A stretch of DNA of 64,000 bases from Thecamonas trahens ATCC 50062 (GCF_000142905.1 NW_013657657.1:392396-456395), one strand, 5' to 3'. Counted from the stretch's first letter, positions 9,592-23,300 are shown. A program made the numbers and translations. The notes: generated from the letters alone by a model not told the origin.

Positions 9592-11277
9592 CTACCCGAG
9601 CAAGACATCGCCCTCGGGGCCGCGGCCGGCGCCATGGCTGCGGAGCCACCACGCGCCGCCGGCGATGAGAATCATGAGGCCAGCAACGCCAGCGGCGACC
9701 GCCAGTGCCACAGTTGCTGCGTGCGACTTGGACTTGTGGGCAGGCGATGGCGCCGGGCCAGAGGTGTTGACCTCCAGCATGGCGAGAACCATGTTGTCGA
9801 TGATGGCCCGGGCCGACGACGCGTGGTCGGCGTAGCCGGTGACGATGACCGAGAAGACCAGCCGCGACTCGTCGCCGCCGAGTCCTGTGCGGTTGATGTA
9901 GCCCGAGAGCGCCGAGACGCCCGTAAGCGTGCCGGTCTTGGCCGAGACCCGGCCCTGGGCCGGCGTGCCCACAAAGCGCGAGGCGAGGGTCCCGCTCTCG
10001 CCGGCCACCGGAAGTAGCGGCGCGAGGGAGTCGTTGCCGTAGCCCGGGCCGTGGCGAGCCATGCCGATGAGAGTGCCCACAAGCGCATCAGCTGAAATAA
10101 GGTTCCGCCGAGAGACGCCCGAGCCATCGGCCTGCACAAACGAGTCGGCTCGAACACCGAGCTGGCCGACGAGCGTGGCATGAACGCGTGCCAGGCCAGC
10201 AGCGACAGCTGAGCGCGGAAGATCGGCCAGAGTTGGGACATCAAGCCGGCTCGCCGCAAGGCCATCATTTCCAACCAGGCGAAGAAACGACTCTGCGTAC
10301 GTGTTGTCTGAGACGAGCAAGCAGTGATGAGCGAGGCTGGTGACCGCGTCCGAGGCGGTCGAGGCAACGACCGTGTCGTCGGTAGCCAAGCCGCACGGTC
10401 TCGAGACGAGCGTGACGTCGGTAACAGTCACACCAGCCGAGTTCATGCCCATGGCAAAGGTGTTGGCAAAGAGCTCGTCACCACGGACGGTGACATACCC
10501 ACTCACGGGCGTCTCCTTGCCTGCCGGGACCGAGCCGGTGATGACGAGGCCAGAGCGACCAGGAAGGTAGCGAGCAGAGAGGCTGGGCGAGGACGAGGAG
10601 GGGCCAATGACAAGACCAGAGAGGTCAACAGGCATGGCTGAGGCGGCAGACGGCGGGTAGACAACGGTGATGTTGGTACTGCCCGCAAGCCCGGCTGCGA
10701 GCGCAAAGGTGACCCTGTTCTCGTCCACAATGGCGCCGTTGATGCCCGAGCCGTAGTCAAAGACAAAGTCATCGAGCTCCCAGGTTGCCGGGAAGACGTC
10801 GACGGCGGGGTAGTAGCCAGACCAGACGTGGACGGCGGTCGAGGTGACACTGCTCTCACCCAGCTTGTCAGCTGCTGCAGATGCCAGTCCAGTCAGGCGA
10901 TCGGCGGTCATCGACGGATCGCCGCGGCCGTTGATGCACACGCGTCCGCTATCGGCCGACCACCACACCTGCGTCTCGAGAGCAGTCTTCTCTGGCGACG
11001 TTGCCGAGAGGAGCGCCGTGGCAAGCGTCAAGATCTTAGTGTTGGAGGCAGGCGGATAGAGCCGGCCAGCGTTGGCCGAGACCAGGATGTCATCAGAGCT
11101 CGCCGCATCCGCCCGCGCCACAGCATACGCCCACGATGCAGCCACAGACGTCGGCGTCGACATTGCGAGCTCCTCCAGCTGTTGGGCCAGCTCCGGAATC
11201 AAGCTCGCCTGGCCTGCACCAGCAAGGCAGCAGGCGAGGGCAGTGAGGGCGAGAACGACCGAGAATGCCTTGCCCAT
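9592..11277 (-). CDS. dacB: D-alanyl-D-alanine carboxypeptidase/endopeptidase (PBP4/DacB, peptidase S13) with signal peptide and C-terminal TM anchor
   Basis: Catalytic motifs PASNTK (SxxK), SDN (SxN), AKTGTL (KTG); DGSGVSRRN; GRGDPSM. Hydrophobic N-terminus from M at 11277; TM segment near C-terminus. Confidence 0.9.
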   Translation of the reverse strand: MGKAFSVVLALTALACCLAGAGQASLIPELAQQLEELAMSTPTSVAASWAYAVARADAASSDDILVSANAGRLYPPASNTKILTLATALLSATSPEKTALETQVWWSADSGRVCINGRGDPSMTADRLTGLASAAADKLGESSVTSTAVHVWSGYYPAVDVFPATWELDDFVFDYGSGINGAIVDENRVTFALAAGLAGSTNITVVYPPSAASAMPVDLSGLVIGPSSSSPSLSARYLPGRSGLVITGSVPAGKETPVSGYVTVRGDELFANTFAMGMNSAGVTVTDVTLVSRPCGLATDDTVVASTASDAVTSLAHHCLLVSDNTYAESFLRLVGNDGLAASRLDVPTLADLPRSAVAAGLARVHATLVGQLGVRADSFVQADGSGVSRRNLISADALVGTLIGMARHGPGYGNDSLAPLLPVAGESGTLASRFVGTPAQGRVSAKTGTLTGVSALSGYINRTGLGGDESRLVFSVIVTGYADHASSARAIIDNMVLAMLEVNTSGPAPSPAHKSKSHAATVALAVAAGVAGLMILIAGGAWWLRSHGAGRGPEGDVLLG

Positions 11278-11423
11278 GGTCGCTGTCGAGAAAAACGAGT
11301 CAGGTGTGGCGAGACGAGTACTCATGCCCGCACCGTGCTTGAACTGCCAGCCGCCCTCACCATCATCAGTATTGGACCTCATCTATCACTTGTCTCTTCT
11401 CTCCTTCCTCGTCGATCCCACAT

Positions 11424-11696
11424 TCTCCTCCTTCCACCCTCCAGGCCTCCCAGCCTCTTCCAGCCATCCGCGCCGTCTTCCAAAAAAAAAGAGACTCGCC
11501 CCTCCTTTCCCTACCCACAACCCAGCAACTTGGCCAAGCCGCCTTCCCTTCTCTCCTCCCTCGCAACCATGGTCAACCATTTTAAACCCATCATCGTCCA
11601 TCATCGCTCTCCTCGCCGATTCCATATCGTCCTCCTCCCACCCTCCAGGCCTCCTAGCCTCTCCATCCATCCGCGCCGTCTTCCAAAAAAAAAAGT
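11424..11696 (+). repeat. Imperfect direct duplication (~65 bp unit, ~200 bp apart) ending in an A-run
   Basis: ccaccctccaggcctcc..agcctct..catccgcgccgtcttccaaaaaaaaa at ~11433-11490 and ~11638-11694. Confidence 0.75.
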
Positions 11697-11726
11697 GTCC
11701 CGCCACTTCCCCCCCCCCCCCCCCCC

Positions 11727-12307
11727 NNNNNNNNNNNNNNNNNNNNNNNNNNNNNNNNNNNNNNNNNNNNNNNNNNNNNNNNNNNNNNNNNNNNNNNNNN
11801 NNNNNNNNNNNNNNNNNNNNNNNNNNNNNNNNNNNNNNNNNNNNNNNNNNNNNNNNNNNNNNNNNNNNNNNNNNNNNNNNNNNNNNNNNNNNNNNNNNNN
11901 NNNNNNNNNNNNNNNNNNNNNNNNNNNNNNNNNNNNNNNNNNNNNNNNNNNNNNNNNNNNNNNNNNNNNNNNNNNNNNNNNNNNNNNNNNNNNNNNNNNN
12001 NNNNNNNNNNNNNNNNNNNNNNNNNNNNNNNNNNNNNNNNNNNNNNNNNNNNNNNNNNNNNNNNNNNNNNNNNNNNNNNNNNNNNNNNNNNNNNNNNNNN
12101 NNNNNNNNNNNNNNNNNNNNNNNNNNNNNNNNNNNNNNNNNNNNNNNNNNNNNNNNNNNNNNNNNNNNNNNNNNNNNNNNNNNNNNNNNNNNNNNNNNNN
12201 NNNNNNNNNNNNNNNNNNNNNNNNNNNNNNNNNNNNNNNNNNNNNNNNNNNNNNNNNNNNNNNNNNNNNNNNNNNNNNNNNNNNNNNNNNNNNNNNNNNN
12301 NNNNNNN
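11727..12307. other. Assembly gap (N run) after poly-C tract
   Basis: ~580 N. Confidence 0.95.
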
Positions 12308-12412
12308 TCCTCCTCCTCCTCCACTTCCCCCTTATCATCATCATCATCGTCATCATCATCATCATCATCAGCAACATCATTGTCATGTGGCACAGAGTCC
12401 AAGGACAAGACC

Positions 12413-14001
12413 ATGGTCAAGACAGAGAACGGCGACAGGAGACGGAAGCGGAAGCGGAAGCGGAAGCGCAAGCCGAGTCGAGATGATCAACATCATCATA
12501 GTTCTGATCATGATTCTGATCAACATCATCGTGATCATCATTCTCTCGCAAAACGGGCAAAGGGTCTGGTCGATGACTTGGGCTACCTCTCGTCCGGATC
12601 AGACTCGGGTTGTGTCGTGGTGGTGATGGGAAGAAGGCAAGTCGGTCGTCAATGAGAAGTTCGACGAGGCCTTCGCCGTCGTCAAGATCATCACGGTCAA
12701 CAAGGTCATCACGGTCATACGCAAGGCAGAGTGCTGGGACAAGAAATGCCAGAGGCAAGAATCTGGCTATCGAGAGCGAGTCCGACTCGGAGTCTGGCTC
12801 GTTGTTCTCGTCATCAGACTCCAACTCGGAATCTGGCCGACCGCCGCCGTCTTGGAGCAGGAGGACAGCGCTTTCGGCTACGGCCAGAGAGGCACTTTCG
12901 CGGGCCTCCAACGCCATGCACGAGCTCGATGAGGCCGTCATGGGTGTGGGCGAGGTGGCCATGGAGGAGACCACCGCAGACGAGGCCGTCAGGTTCGAGC
13001 TGGCGCAGGTCATCCAGCCGCCGCTCCCATCGCTGCTCTCGGCCCATGACCCCAACGTCGACCCACTCAACTATGTCCGCATTCAGCTCTTGTGGCGCGC
13101 TAGTGAGACCGAACGTGAGCTCTCGCGCTGGGTCCACATTCGGCGGACCGCACCCATGCTCGCTGTGCGGATGGAGATGGCGCTCATGGTCGAGACCGTG
13201 GCGTATGGAGTCCAGATCTTTTACCTCGGCCTCCCTGTCGACGACAATGCCACTCCCGAGTCGCTCGACATTGAGTCCGGTACCATCATTGAGGCCTACA
13301 TTGACGGGCCGACCTGGACATGGGCCAAGAGAGCCCTTCTCTCGCGCAAGTCGCCGAGCACACTGCTCGTTGCCCTCTGGCCAGCATCGGCTCAGACTCC
13401 GCCAGCTGCCATAGAAGCCAAGCCGGTCCGGGCATCTGTCCTCACCACCATCGGCTCGTTGGTCAACGCCTACGCGGCGGCAGTCCAGGTCCCGGCCTCC
13501 TCGCTCGCTTTCGACTGCGGTGGTCTGTTCCTCGCAACTCACTGGCCGCTGTATCTCATCGAGCCGGCCGAGCTTGTGGCCGCCTTGGTGGCCAAGGGTA
13601 TCGGCGCCGGCCGCTGGCTCAAGGGCAAGGCTCCGCGCATTGCCGTAGCCGTCACCAATGCTGCCACGCCGCGATCGTCCTTTGTGCCCATCCCCTTGGC
13701 GCCATCGCTCGCCAAGCGCGTCCGCGCTGCCACCGCCACCGCCCCGGGCCCCTCCACTGCTCTCAATCACAACGACGACGGCGACTCGATCACCGTTATC
13801 CTCCGCATGAGCAAGCGCAAAAAGGGCTACCGCATCAAGCCGAGTGACAAGATCGGCAAAGCTATGGCTCTCTTTGCCGATTTCGTCGGCGTCGCTGGCG
13901 ACCAGCTCCGCTTTGTCCTTGATGGCGATCGTCTGACCGGCAACGAGCTCGTCGAAGACTTGGATCTCGAGGACATGGACATCATCGACGCCATGCCATA
14001 G
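12413..14001 (+). CDS. Rad60/Esc2/NIP45 (RENi family) SUMO-like-domain protein; apparent -1 frameshift at ~12628
   Basis: C-terminal SLD ITVILR...YRIKPSDKIGKAM...LRFVLDGDRLTGNELVEDLDLEDMDIIDA with no di-Gly. Internal SLD IFYLGLPVDDNATPESLDIESGTIIEAY. Upstream frame from ATG 12413 (RKRKRKRK NLS, SIM-like SDSGCVVVV) joins if one G is added at GGG 12628-12630. Confidence 0.75.
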
Positions 14002-14346
14002 TTTATCCATACACACGCAAATGTCAGCCAGGGCAAGCCTTGCCACTCTTGCCGCTTCACACCGTTTGCGCCTCCCCTGGCAGCAGCTGTCCAGCAGCCG
14101 ACATCACCATCGCCATTGCAATTGGCAAGCTTTTCATCGACATCCAACTCCTCCCATCCCTTTCCTTCCCCATCTCTCCTTCACGACCCAACAACATGGT
14201 ACAGTGCTGCATTGCGAGACACGAACATGCTACCTCCTGCCGCTCCATCATGTCCGTCCGCTGCGCGACGCGCGATCGCCATTTTTCCCCCTTTTGCGCG
14301 CCACCCTCCTCCCCGCGCGCAAAATCAGTGTGCCCAGTCATGTTAA

Positions 14347-17300
14347 TCACGCCCATGCACCACGATCCACAGTGCCGCCATCAAGGTCGATGGTGACCAC
14401 GTTGCGGATGGCATATGTCAGCTTGCGACGCATGATTTCCTTGGACGAGTAGCGGATCAGATCGAGCGAGTTGAAGCACGAGTGCGACGACGGCAGATGC
14501 TCGTCAGTTGCGCCCGAGGGCGACGCATTGATCTTGAACGGTTGGGTAAACGCGGCGTCCGAGACCGGGAGCCGCGTTCGGCCCCAAACGTACTTGAGGA
14601 AGAGCGCTTGTTCCTCGGTCGAGTACTCCTCAAGGATCTCAAAGAGCCACTGGACATGCTCCTGCTCCATCGAGACGCCGTCGGCAAAGACCGTGTGTCG
14701 CTTGAGCATCTCCACGTCCAGCTCCGGCCGTCCGCACACCAGCAGCTCGACTTGCTCCCATGTGAAGAGCGAGAGGACTGGCAGCGGCACAATGTCCGCC
14801 ATTCCGCTGCGCATCTCGGCGAGCGCGGCGTCGTAGGCGTGGGCGTGCGCCTTCAGCACCAGCTCCACGTACTCGCCACGGTTTTCAAACGTGAGCGCCC
14901 GCTCGCGCCCGCCAGGCAACAGCTCCACCTCGGTCCCGTCCGAGAGGTGCGTGGTAAAGGTCTCAAAGAAGGTGCCGCTAAAGGTCTCGGCGGTGATGCC
15001 CTCGTCCTCGATGTGGAGCATCTTGTCCATGTTGGTCACCGTTGTCACGTCCGCCTCGGCGAGCACCTCGCGGGGCTCGACATCCTGGCCGAGCAGCGCC
15101 CGCCAGACCACCGGCGAGAGCGAGAGCGGGACGCACTGCCGCGTCCGGAGCGAGACGCCAAGCAGGCGGCCCACAAACCGGAACAACTCCGGGTGCTTGT
15201 TTCCGAGCGACGCAATCGGGACATGCATGCCCTGGTACGCGCCGACGCCGAGCTTGCCGTTGGGGCAGAGGGTGAAGAGGCCGACCTTGGGGTGTTCGAG
15301 CTCGTTCGCCATGACCGTCACAGACTCGCGCCACGGTCCACCGGCGTCTACAGAGCCCTCGCCCTTAAAGTACACCTTCCATGCTCGGTCGTTGAGCCGG
15401 ATCCGTGAGACCATCTCTGGCGAGGCCAGAGCCCGCGCAAACTGCCCGTACAGCGTGTCGACCAGCGACGGATTCTCGGCCTCCATCTGCTTTGTCGCCA
15501 GGATGCGCGAGACGTGAATCGACGGCTTGTTCTCCTTCGACGCGGTCTTCTCGATGAGCATGTACAGGAACTCGACCTTCATGTTGACAAAGATGATCGA
15601 CGAGAGCCCGGCCAGCCGCCCCGAGAGCGTCAGCGATCCGGCCCGGCCAGCCCGAAGGTCCACAAGCGGCAACGCTTCCTTGACCAGCGCGTTAAACAGC
15701 CGCAGAATCGGGATCCGCGCAAGCGCATCCTCGAGCTCGATGCCGTGCGGCGCACGCTCGGGTGCGGCCCACACCTCCTCCAGCATCTTACGGAGCTTGG
15801 CCGGCGCGGCGCTCCATGGCTCCTCGCTCCGGCTCTGCGCCGCAAGCTCGTTGAGCATCTGTGCCAGCGCCGCGTCGTCGCTCAGTCGCCACCCGCGCGA
15901 CACAAACTGGCCTCGCATGCTCTCCACGTCGACCTTTTCGCTTATCGACGCCACGTCCTTCGACGGCGCCTCCACCGTGAACCGCACGCCCCAATCGTTG
16001 TTCGAAGAGTCAGAGTGGAAGTGTGCAAACAGCCGGTCGCCCTCCACCCGCAGCGGGCTCGACGGGAAGCTCGTCCCGGTAAACTTGGCCTCCTGGACCG
16101 GCCGCTGCTTCTCGCGATCGTGGTACAGCATGAGGTAGTCGTAGTTGTTCTCCGTCTTGCAGTTCGAGTCAAACGTCACCGTCAGGTACTCCACACCCGG
16201 GCACACAAAGCTCCACTCGGTGTCGAGGTTGTGGTCGTACGGGTGGCCTGTCTCAAACACATCGCTCGACTTGATTTCCGGGTTGTACGCAGCCTCCAGC
16301 AGCTGCGGCGAGAACGCCTCGGTCGAGCCCGACGCAAGCGCCTTGGACGCCGCGTTGAGCAGGAGTGTCCGCTCCCACCACACCGGCACCGACGAGCCGC
16401 CCGCCGAACCGCCCTCCTCTGCGGCAGGGTACGACGCCAGGTCGTACGCCCACGGCCGCGCCTCTAGGTCGTCGCCAAAGTTGAATTCAAACTGGTTGTC
16501 CGACGCCCGTAGCGTGGCCGATGCCCGGAACGGAATCGACACGTCCCAAGTCTGGATCCGGTCGCCAAGCAGGTTGCCGTTCTTGGTAAAGAAGACCACC
16601 GACGCGGCAAAGTCGACGCCAACTCCGATGACATCGCCCGTCGAGTACGACTGCCCGGTCCCGCCGCGTGTGTTGTTGCAGTACAGAGCGCCATCATCAG
16701 AGTGCATGGCCACAGTTCCGCCGCACACCCCGATCGTACGCGTGGTAAACTCGGACGACTCCGAGTTGATGAACCCAATGCCGCAGAACGAGGTGCCCGG
16801 CTGGAGCGAGACGACTCGGACCTCGTAGTATCCGACCCGGCTCCCACCGCGGGGTGCAAACTCGACGTCGGCGCTCACCACGCACCGCTCCGACGCCAGC
16901 CCGCGCGCCACCCACCCGTCGACCGCCGTGTGGGGCGTCCGCGGCTCCAGCGCGGATGGGAGGAGCGACGGCACCTCGCCGACATCGATGGCCTCCTCGT
17001 CGATGGCATCGTCGCCGCCCACGCCCTCGGCCTCGGCCTTGCCCTTGGCACCCGCTGGCGCCGCTGCAGGCAACGCCTTGACCTCCTCCCACACCAGCAG
17101 CGTCTCCACCATGTTCTGCACGTACACCGGCGCAATGGCGTCCTTGACAGAGTGGGTGGCAAACATGTGCTTCTTGAGCAGAACGTACGCCCGCGCAAAG
17201 CGCTTGTCCGGCCGCATGCCCGTGCGCAGCATCTCGCCGAGGAACTTGACGAGCGCGTTGAGAATGACCCCGCGGGTCTTGACAGACTCGCTCCGCCACA

Positions 17301-20300
17301 GCCACCGCAGCAAGACCTCGTGGACCTCGTCCGCCGCTCCTCCCACCGCCTCGGGATATTCAAACACCACCTGGGTGAGGATCACGATCGCTGCCGCCCG
17401 CTGCAGCTCGTCGTCCTTGGCGTCGGCCACACACAGCTTCAGCAGCGCCTGCACAAGCTCCAGCCCGGCGGCCGGGCCCGAGTCTGCCACAAGCTTGCGG
17501 ACCTGCGCCAGGAACGAGGCCAGCGGCACCTTTGCCTTCTCCTTCACCAGCAGGAACTGCATCGGCTTCTGATTCTTGGCGGTGGCAAGGAGGAACCGCG
17601 CGACGGCATCAACCTCGCCGAGCGCGTCCACCGTCAGCGGCACTTGTGCCGGCCACGCCGCAACAATCTGCGAGACTAGCGCCTGCCGCGCGTAGGATGC
17701 CACCTTGCGCGCCGCCAGCACCGCAATCTCGCCCAGCGGCTCGTGCACAACGCCCGAATCCATCGTGCCCAGCGCGCCGTGGACCTTTTTGAGGAGCCCA
17801 GTCTCGGCCCCGGAGCCCTTGGCCAGGATGGACGCGTCACTCTCCTCGTCGCAGTACGTCCGCATTCCGGTGACCGGCGCGAGGAAGCTCGGCTTCCACG
17901 ACGAGTCGCTACCGGAGCTCGTCACCACGCCCGAGCCGTCGGCGCTGAGGCATCCGGTCACGCCGCGGATGAGCAGTCCACGCGACTTGCCGCTTGGCGC
18001 ACTCCCTTCGAATACAACGGTAAGGACAGCGCCCGCCAGTGGCGGGTCAAACGTCTTGGCCACCATCTGCGTCTCGCCCACCACACACAGCTCGATACCC
18101 TCTGACTTGCTGCTTCCGTCGCTCGCGGCAGCCGAGACCACTACGCGCTCAATGCCGTCACCCACATGGGCCACAATTGAACCAATGAGGAAGCCGGCCT
18201 GCGGCTGGTAAGTCAGCGTGATGGGCACGTTGAGCGCCACGTCGAGCTCCATGCTCGGTGTCCCGTCGCAGAGCGAGGCCATGGCCACCGAAGGCGGATT
18301 ACCGTCAACAGCAACCTGGAACGCGCCGTTGATGACAGCGGTGCTCTTGCCTGACAGCAGACCTGGAACCGAGCCGTAGGCTTCAATCCGCGCGTCCGGG
18401 CCAAGTGGGCCGTCACCATCGCGGTCGTCGCGCGGAACCCGCACCACAACGGCCTCGGCGACCACGTCGTCGGCGTCGTCAGGGAGCATAGCGGCAAGCT
18501 CAGCGACCACACACCGTGCCGCGTGATCGCCAGCGGCGGTGCTGGGGTTGAGCACGCCTGACGTCCACACGCTCTTGCCAGCGGCAAAGACCTCGACCTC
18601 GACATCGACGAGCGGGCCAGTGCCGCGGACCACAATCGACGAGAGCGCCACAGGCGTGTCGAGCACCACCGCCCGTGACCACCCGCCGGCTGCTGACACT
18701 GCCGGCCGCTCCGCCGCCGCCTGGACAAGCGAAGTATCCGATGCGAGCGCCGAGATAAGGCTGGTACCGGCACTATTTCCATCGTTGCTCTCTAGAAGCA
18801 GCGCCACTGCCGTGTCGAGCGTGCCGCCAGTCTTGCGCAGCGCGCCGTAGCAGTTGTCGATGCGGAAGGCACCAAGCTCGAGCATGGCCCGCACTTGTCC
18901 AGCGTCGACCATGGCCTGGATGATGCCACGGAGCTCGTTGGCGACCATGGCCAGGACCGGAATGCCAAACTCGGCGTCGCCGAGCGTGTCTAGCGCCGCG
19001 GCAGGCTCGTGCCGTGCTGGGGCTGTGCAAATGAGAATGACGCCAACCGCGCCAAACGCCTCCATCTGCCGCACTTGAGCCACCAGGGCCTTGCGGACCG
19101 CAGCTTCCGAGACCGCACCCGACGAGTTGTTCGGATGGAGCAGGAGCACAACCTTGCCAGCCACCGGGATTGCGTCCTTGGGTGTTGGCGATGAGTCCTC
19201 CAGCAAGTATGCGTCCTTGGTCGAGCTCACAACTGCCGCAGCATCGAGCTCGATCACGCTCGTGGCCTCCGGCTCGTTGGCCATGCGACCGCACATGCGC
19301 GCCTCGCCGCGCGCCGCCACTGGTGCGTCCACCACCCGAGCCACAATAGGCGCCATGATGCCGCCAAACGCCGGCTCGGTCATCTCGCCAGAGTAGACGC
19401 GGATGTTCGAGATGAGGCCAGTCATCGAGCCAGCTGAGCCTGCAGCCGGCATGCCTACCGAGACCTGGGTAAAGGCCTCACCAGGGGCATAGATGCCCGG
19501 TTCGAGCAGCCGCGTCGCGTGTGCCATGCCGCTGATGAGGACCGCGACTGCCGTTCGCGACGCATTACCCAGCACCGACATGGTGATGATGTGTGTGGTA
19601 GCATTCGAGAGCCCCTGGTCCGGGCCGGGGAGGACGCCGAGATCGAGCACATGCGCATCGCTGGCGCCCAGAGCAATCTCAAGCGTTGCTGCGCCGCCAC
19701 GTGCCTCGGAGAGGACTCCAGTCCGAACGGTGACCGGCACGCTTCCGTCCCAGGCCACGACGACCGAGCCCGGCGCGGTGTTGGCGATGGCTGCGCCATT
19801 GAGGGCAAAGACGAGGGTGAATGCATAGCCAGCATCGTCGCCGCTGACCGGAACGAGCTCGGTCGACCCTATGGCCTGCGCCGGGACAGCCGCGCCATGG
19901 ACCGCCCACGGCGGCAGGCAGCGGCCCTTGCCAGACCAGAGCTCAAGCTGAAGGTCGGCAGCGTACGGCAAGTTCTCGTCCGAAAGCGGCACCTCTGTCC
20001 GGACGACCTCGGCCACAATGGGAGCGGCCAGACCGCCGGCTGGGTACTTGTGGGCATGGTCGAGCGGGGTGTCGGCGCCGACTTCGGTGGCGATGCCGTT
20101 GGCGATGCGCATGTAGGGGGCGCGGATGGTTGTCTCCCCCGCGCGACGCTCGACGCTCGGGAGGAGGCGGACGAGCGCTTCGCGCTCGTCGGCGGTGACA
20201 GTGCCGGCGTTGAGAGCGCGCCGGACGAGGGCGGGCACAAGGCCGCTGGCCACAAACTGGTCGGCAAGCACGCCGCCGGCAGCCTCGGCCACGCACTGCA

Positions 20301-23300
20301 TCCGGACGAGCAGATCGGTGTGGACAAGCTCGAGCGCCTTGTCCTTGATGGCAAATGATGGCGCAAAGACGAGCTGCTTGACAAAGTCAAACTCAAGATC
20401 GAGCTCCTTGAGGGCGGGCGCAATCCGGTCAGCGACGCGGACGACATCAGACGGTGGGATGGTGATTTGCCGCCGCGACGAGCCCGAGCCCGCGGCGACG
20501 TGGACGGGCGCAGTGGGCGAGCGGACGTCAACGTCGAGAACAGTGACGATCTCGCCGCTGGACGTGGTAGCCTGCGCGCCCACAAAGATCGGCGGCGACG
20601 CGATGCCGCCGGCCACTGCAAGAGCACCAACGGCGGCGAGGAGCTGCTTGCCCTCAACAGGGGAGAGCGGCGCGGGATCGAGCGCGCTGGCACGCATACT
20701 GATCCACGACAGCACATCCGGCAGCGAGTCGAGTGCAGCCTTGACGCCTGACACGACCATGGCCTTCCAACCGGCGCTTGCCTGCAGAGCGCGAAGGAGT
20801 GCGACGGCAGCGTAGGCGACGTGCAGGTTGGCCTCGCGCATGGCGTGGCGCAGCGTCTCGGCGCTGTCGAGCGCCCGGGCCTCAGCCGGCACCACCCGCG
20901 GCACCGGAGCAAGAAGCAGCGAGCCAGCGAGGTGGAGAAGGGCGTCAACAAGCGGCTTGCCGCCGACAGTCAGTATGGTCTCCATCTCGACGCCGTCGGT
21001 AGACGGCAGGAGCTCGACAAGAATGTCAAAGAGGACCAGCTGGGTGGCGAGCGTCCGAGTCTCGAGGAGCATGGAGAGAACAAACTTGAGGTTGTCCGGC
21101 GAGCACGCGATGCCGCGGATGTCCTTGGCGGTCTGCGGCTCGCCAGAGAGAATGACGAACCGGAGGAGCGATGCGAGGTCAAAGACGTAGCTCGACGAGA
21201 GCTGCGCGGCCTCGGCACATGCCTCGAGCCGGACGAGGAGCACGGAAATGAGTGTCCGTGCCCGCACAATGGCGGCGTCGGTCGGCTCGGAGACGTTGGA
21301 GCGGACGACGACCTGAGCAGCAAGCGAGCAAAAGACGGCAAGGGTGGCGCGGCGGACGACGGACGAGTTCTCGTCGCCAGCCGCGATGGGGGCGAGGAAC
21401 TTGAGGAGCGACGAGAAGACGCGCGCGTTCATAAGCGCGTCCTTGTCAGTGTCGCGGACGTCCATGTTGAGGATGTGAAGAATGACGAGCGCAGCGTCGG
21501 TCGACGGTGCGGCGGCAAGCTCGCGGGCAGCGGCGGCGACAACCGCAAAGTACGCATCTGAAAGCTGACTGGCGACGAGGCTGCGGACACCAAAAGTGGC
21601 GTCGCGGTACGAGCTGCCGAACGCTTCCCACATGCGCGAGAGGAGCTCGCAGAGGGTAAACGACGAGACTGAGACCGAGGTGATGAGGCGGTACATGGCG
21701 GTGAGGCCCATGGTCCGCTGGCGAGCGTTGGCCTCGTGGTGCGCCACGAGGCGGGCGAGGACGTCGGCCGAGACCTGAGTATCTCCCGCCAGGAACGACG
21801 CGACCTCGCTGTAGAGGCCCTTGTACACGTTGACCTGAGACTCCATCTCCTGAGCCGAGAGCTTGCGCTTGAGTCCGCGCATCATGGCCGAGCGCCAGAA
21901 GGTCCACGACGACATGGCGCGAGCGGCCTTGATGGCTGCCTTCCACCGCTGCTTGGCTTTGGACGGCCCAGTTGAGCCGGCCATCGGCGTTGCCACCTCC
22001 ATGGTCGGCAGCATGGCGCGGGCAGCGGCGAGGAGGTGCTGCTTGACCTGCGGCTCAACGGCGGGGACGAGACCGGTCAGCAGCACAACCTTGGCGCGCA
22101 GCCTGCCGAGTGTTGTCCGCACCAATGTCGCGAGCGGAGCAAGGGTAGAGACGACTTCGGGTTCAAGCCCGAGGTCGGCGGCCGATGGCAGCGGCGAGTC
22201 AAGGGCCGCGTTGGCGGGCGCGAGGCCGACGACCGCCGGCAGGTACTCGAGCGTGGCCGACGGGAGCGGGGCGGCGAGCGGGGAGAGGGCACGGCGAAGC
22301 TCGAGGGCGACGTCAGTGGCGGAGCGGAAGGCGTGAATGACTGCTGATGTCGGCGATGCGTTTGAGCCGACAGCCAAAATGGGCTTGGGCCGCTTCTTGG
22401 CCTTGGCGGCCTTGGCAGCGTCGCCCGCGTCTCCACTTGCGTCTGACGCCGGCGACGAGCCGAGCGAGCCGCGATGAAAGTCGAGGAACTCGCCGAGCGA
22501 GCGCGAGTGGTAGAGGTGTGCGACGAGCGCAAGGTTAAGGGCGGTGAGGACGTAAGGACCCATGATGGTGTCACGAGCATTGCCGGTCAGCTGGAGCTCT
22601 TGCGGCGGCGATAGCGAAGCCAGTAGTGAGTCCATGGCCTTGGCCCACGGGTTGTCAGCGTTGTCGACAACGTCGGGCTCCAGGGCGGCGGTAACAAGGG
22701 CCTGCTCGGCCGGGCGAGTTCGATGGTCTCGAGGCCATCGCTTTGGCCGTTGGCAAAGAGCGAGGTACTGAGCCACTTGGTGTGGTTGCTCACGACGTCG
22801 GTGCCCAGGTCGGAGGGATAGACGCCTGGGGCGAGGAGCTCGGTGCAGGTAGCGACGTAGACCGACGAGAGCATGTTCTGCAGCGAGACAATCCACGGGA
22901 CGGAGAGCGCCGGCTCGACGTAGGCGAGCACGCCCCATTCGACGTTGGAGCCATCCGAGTGGAACTTGATGTGGACGTCGGGCCCGGAACCGAGATGGGC
23001 TTGGACCAAGAGTCGGTGCCAGACATGCGGTGCTCGACCGAGTCCGAGCCGGTGATGGCAATGTAGTCGTGGGTCCGCTCCGTCCGACACTGTGGGTCGA
23101 AACGGACGGTGATGGAGAGCGAGCCTGGGAAGGAGAACGACCACGAGAGGTTGAGGTTGTTGGTGTACGGGTGCGGCGTTTCGATGGTCTCACACTGGGC
23201 GGCGCCGATGTCAAAGGCCGGAAGTGCGGCGAGCGCGCGCTCCATAGCGAGGGTGGCGGCGACGAGGGCGTCGGCAAAGACACGCGAGACGCTGGCGTCA

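Noticed and set aside
10828-12655. ORFs spanning N runs
   Set aside because: Artefacts of translating through assembly gaps.
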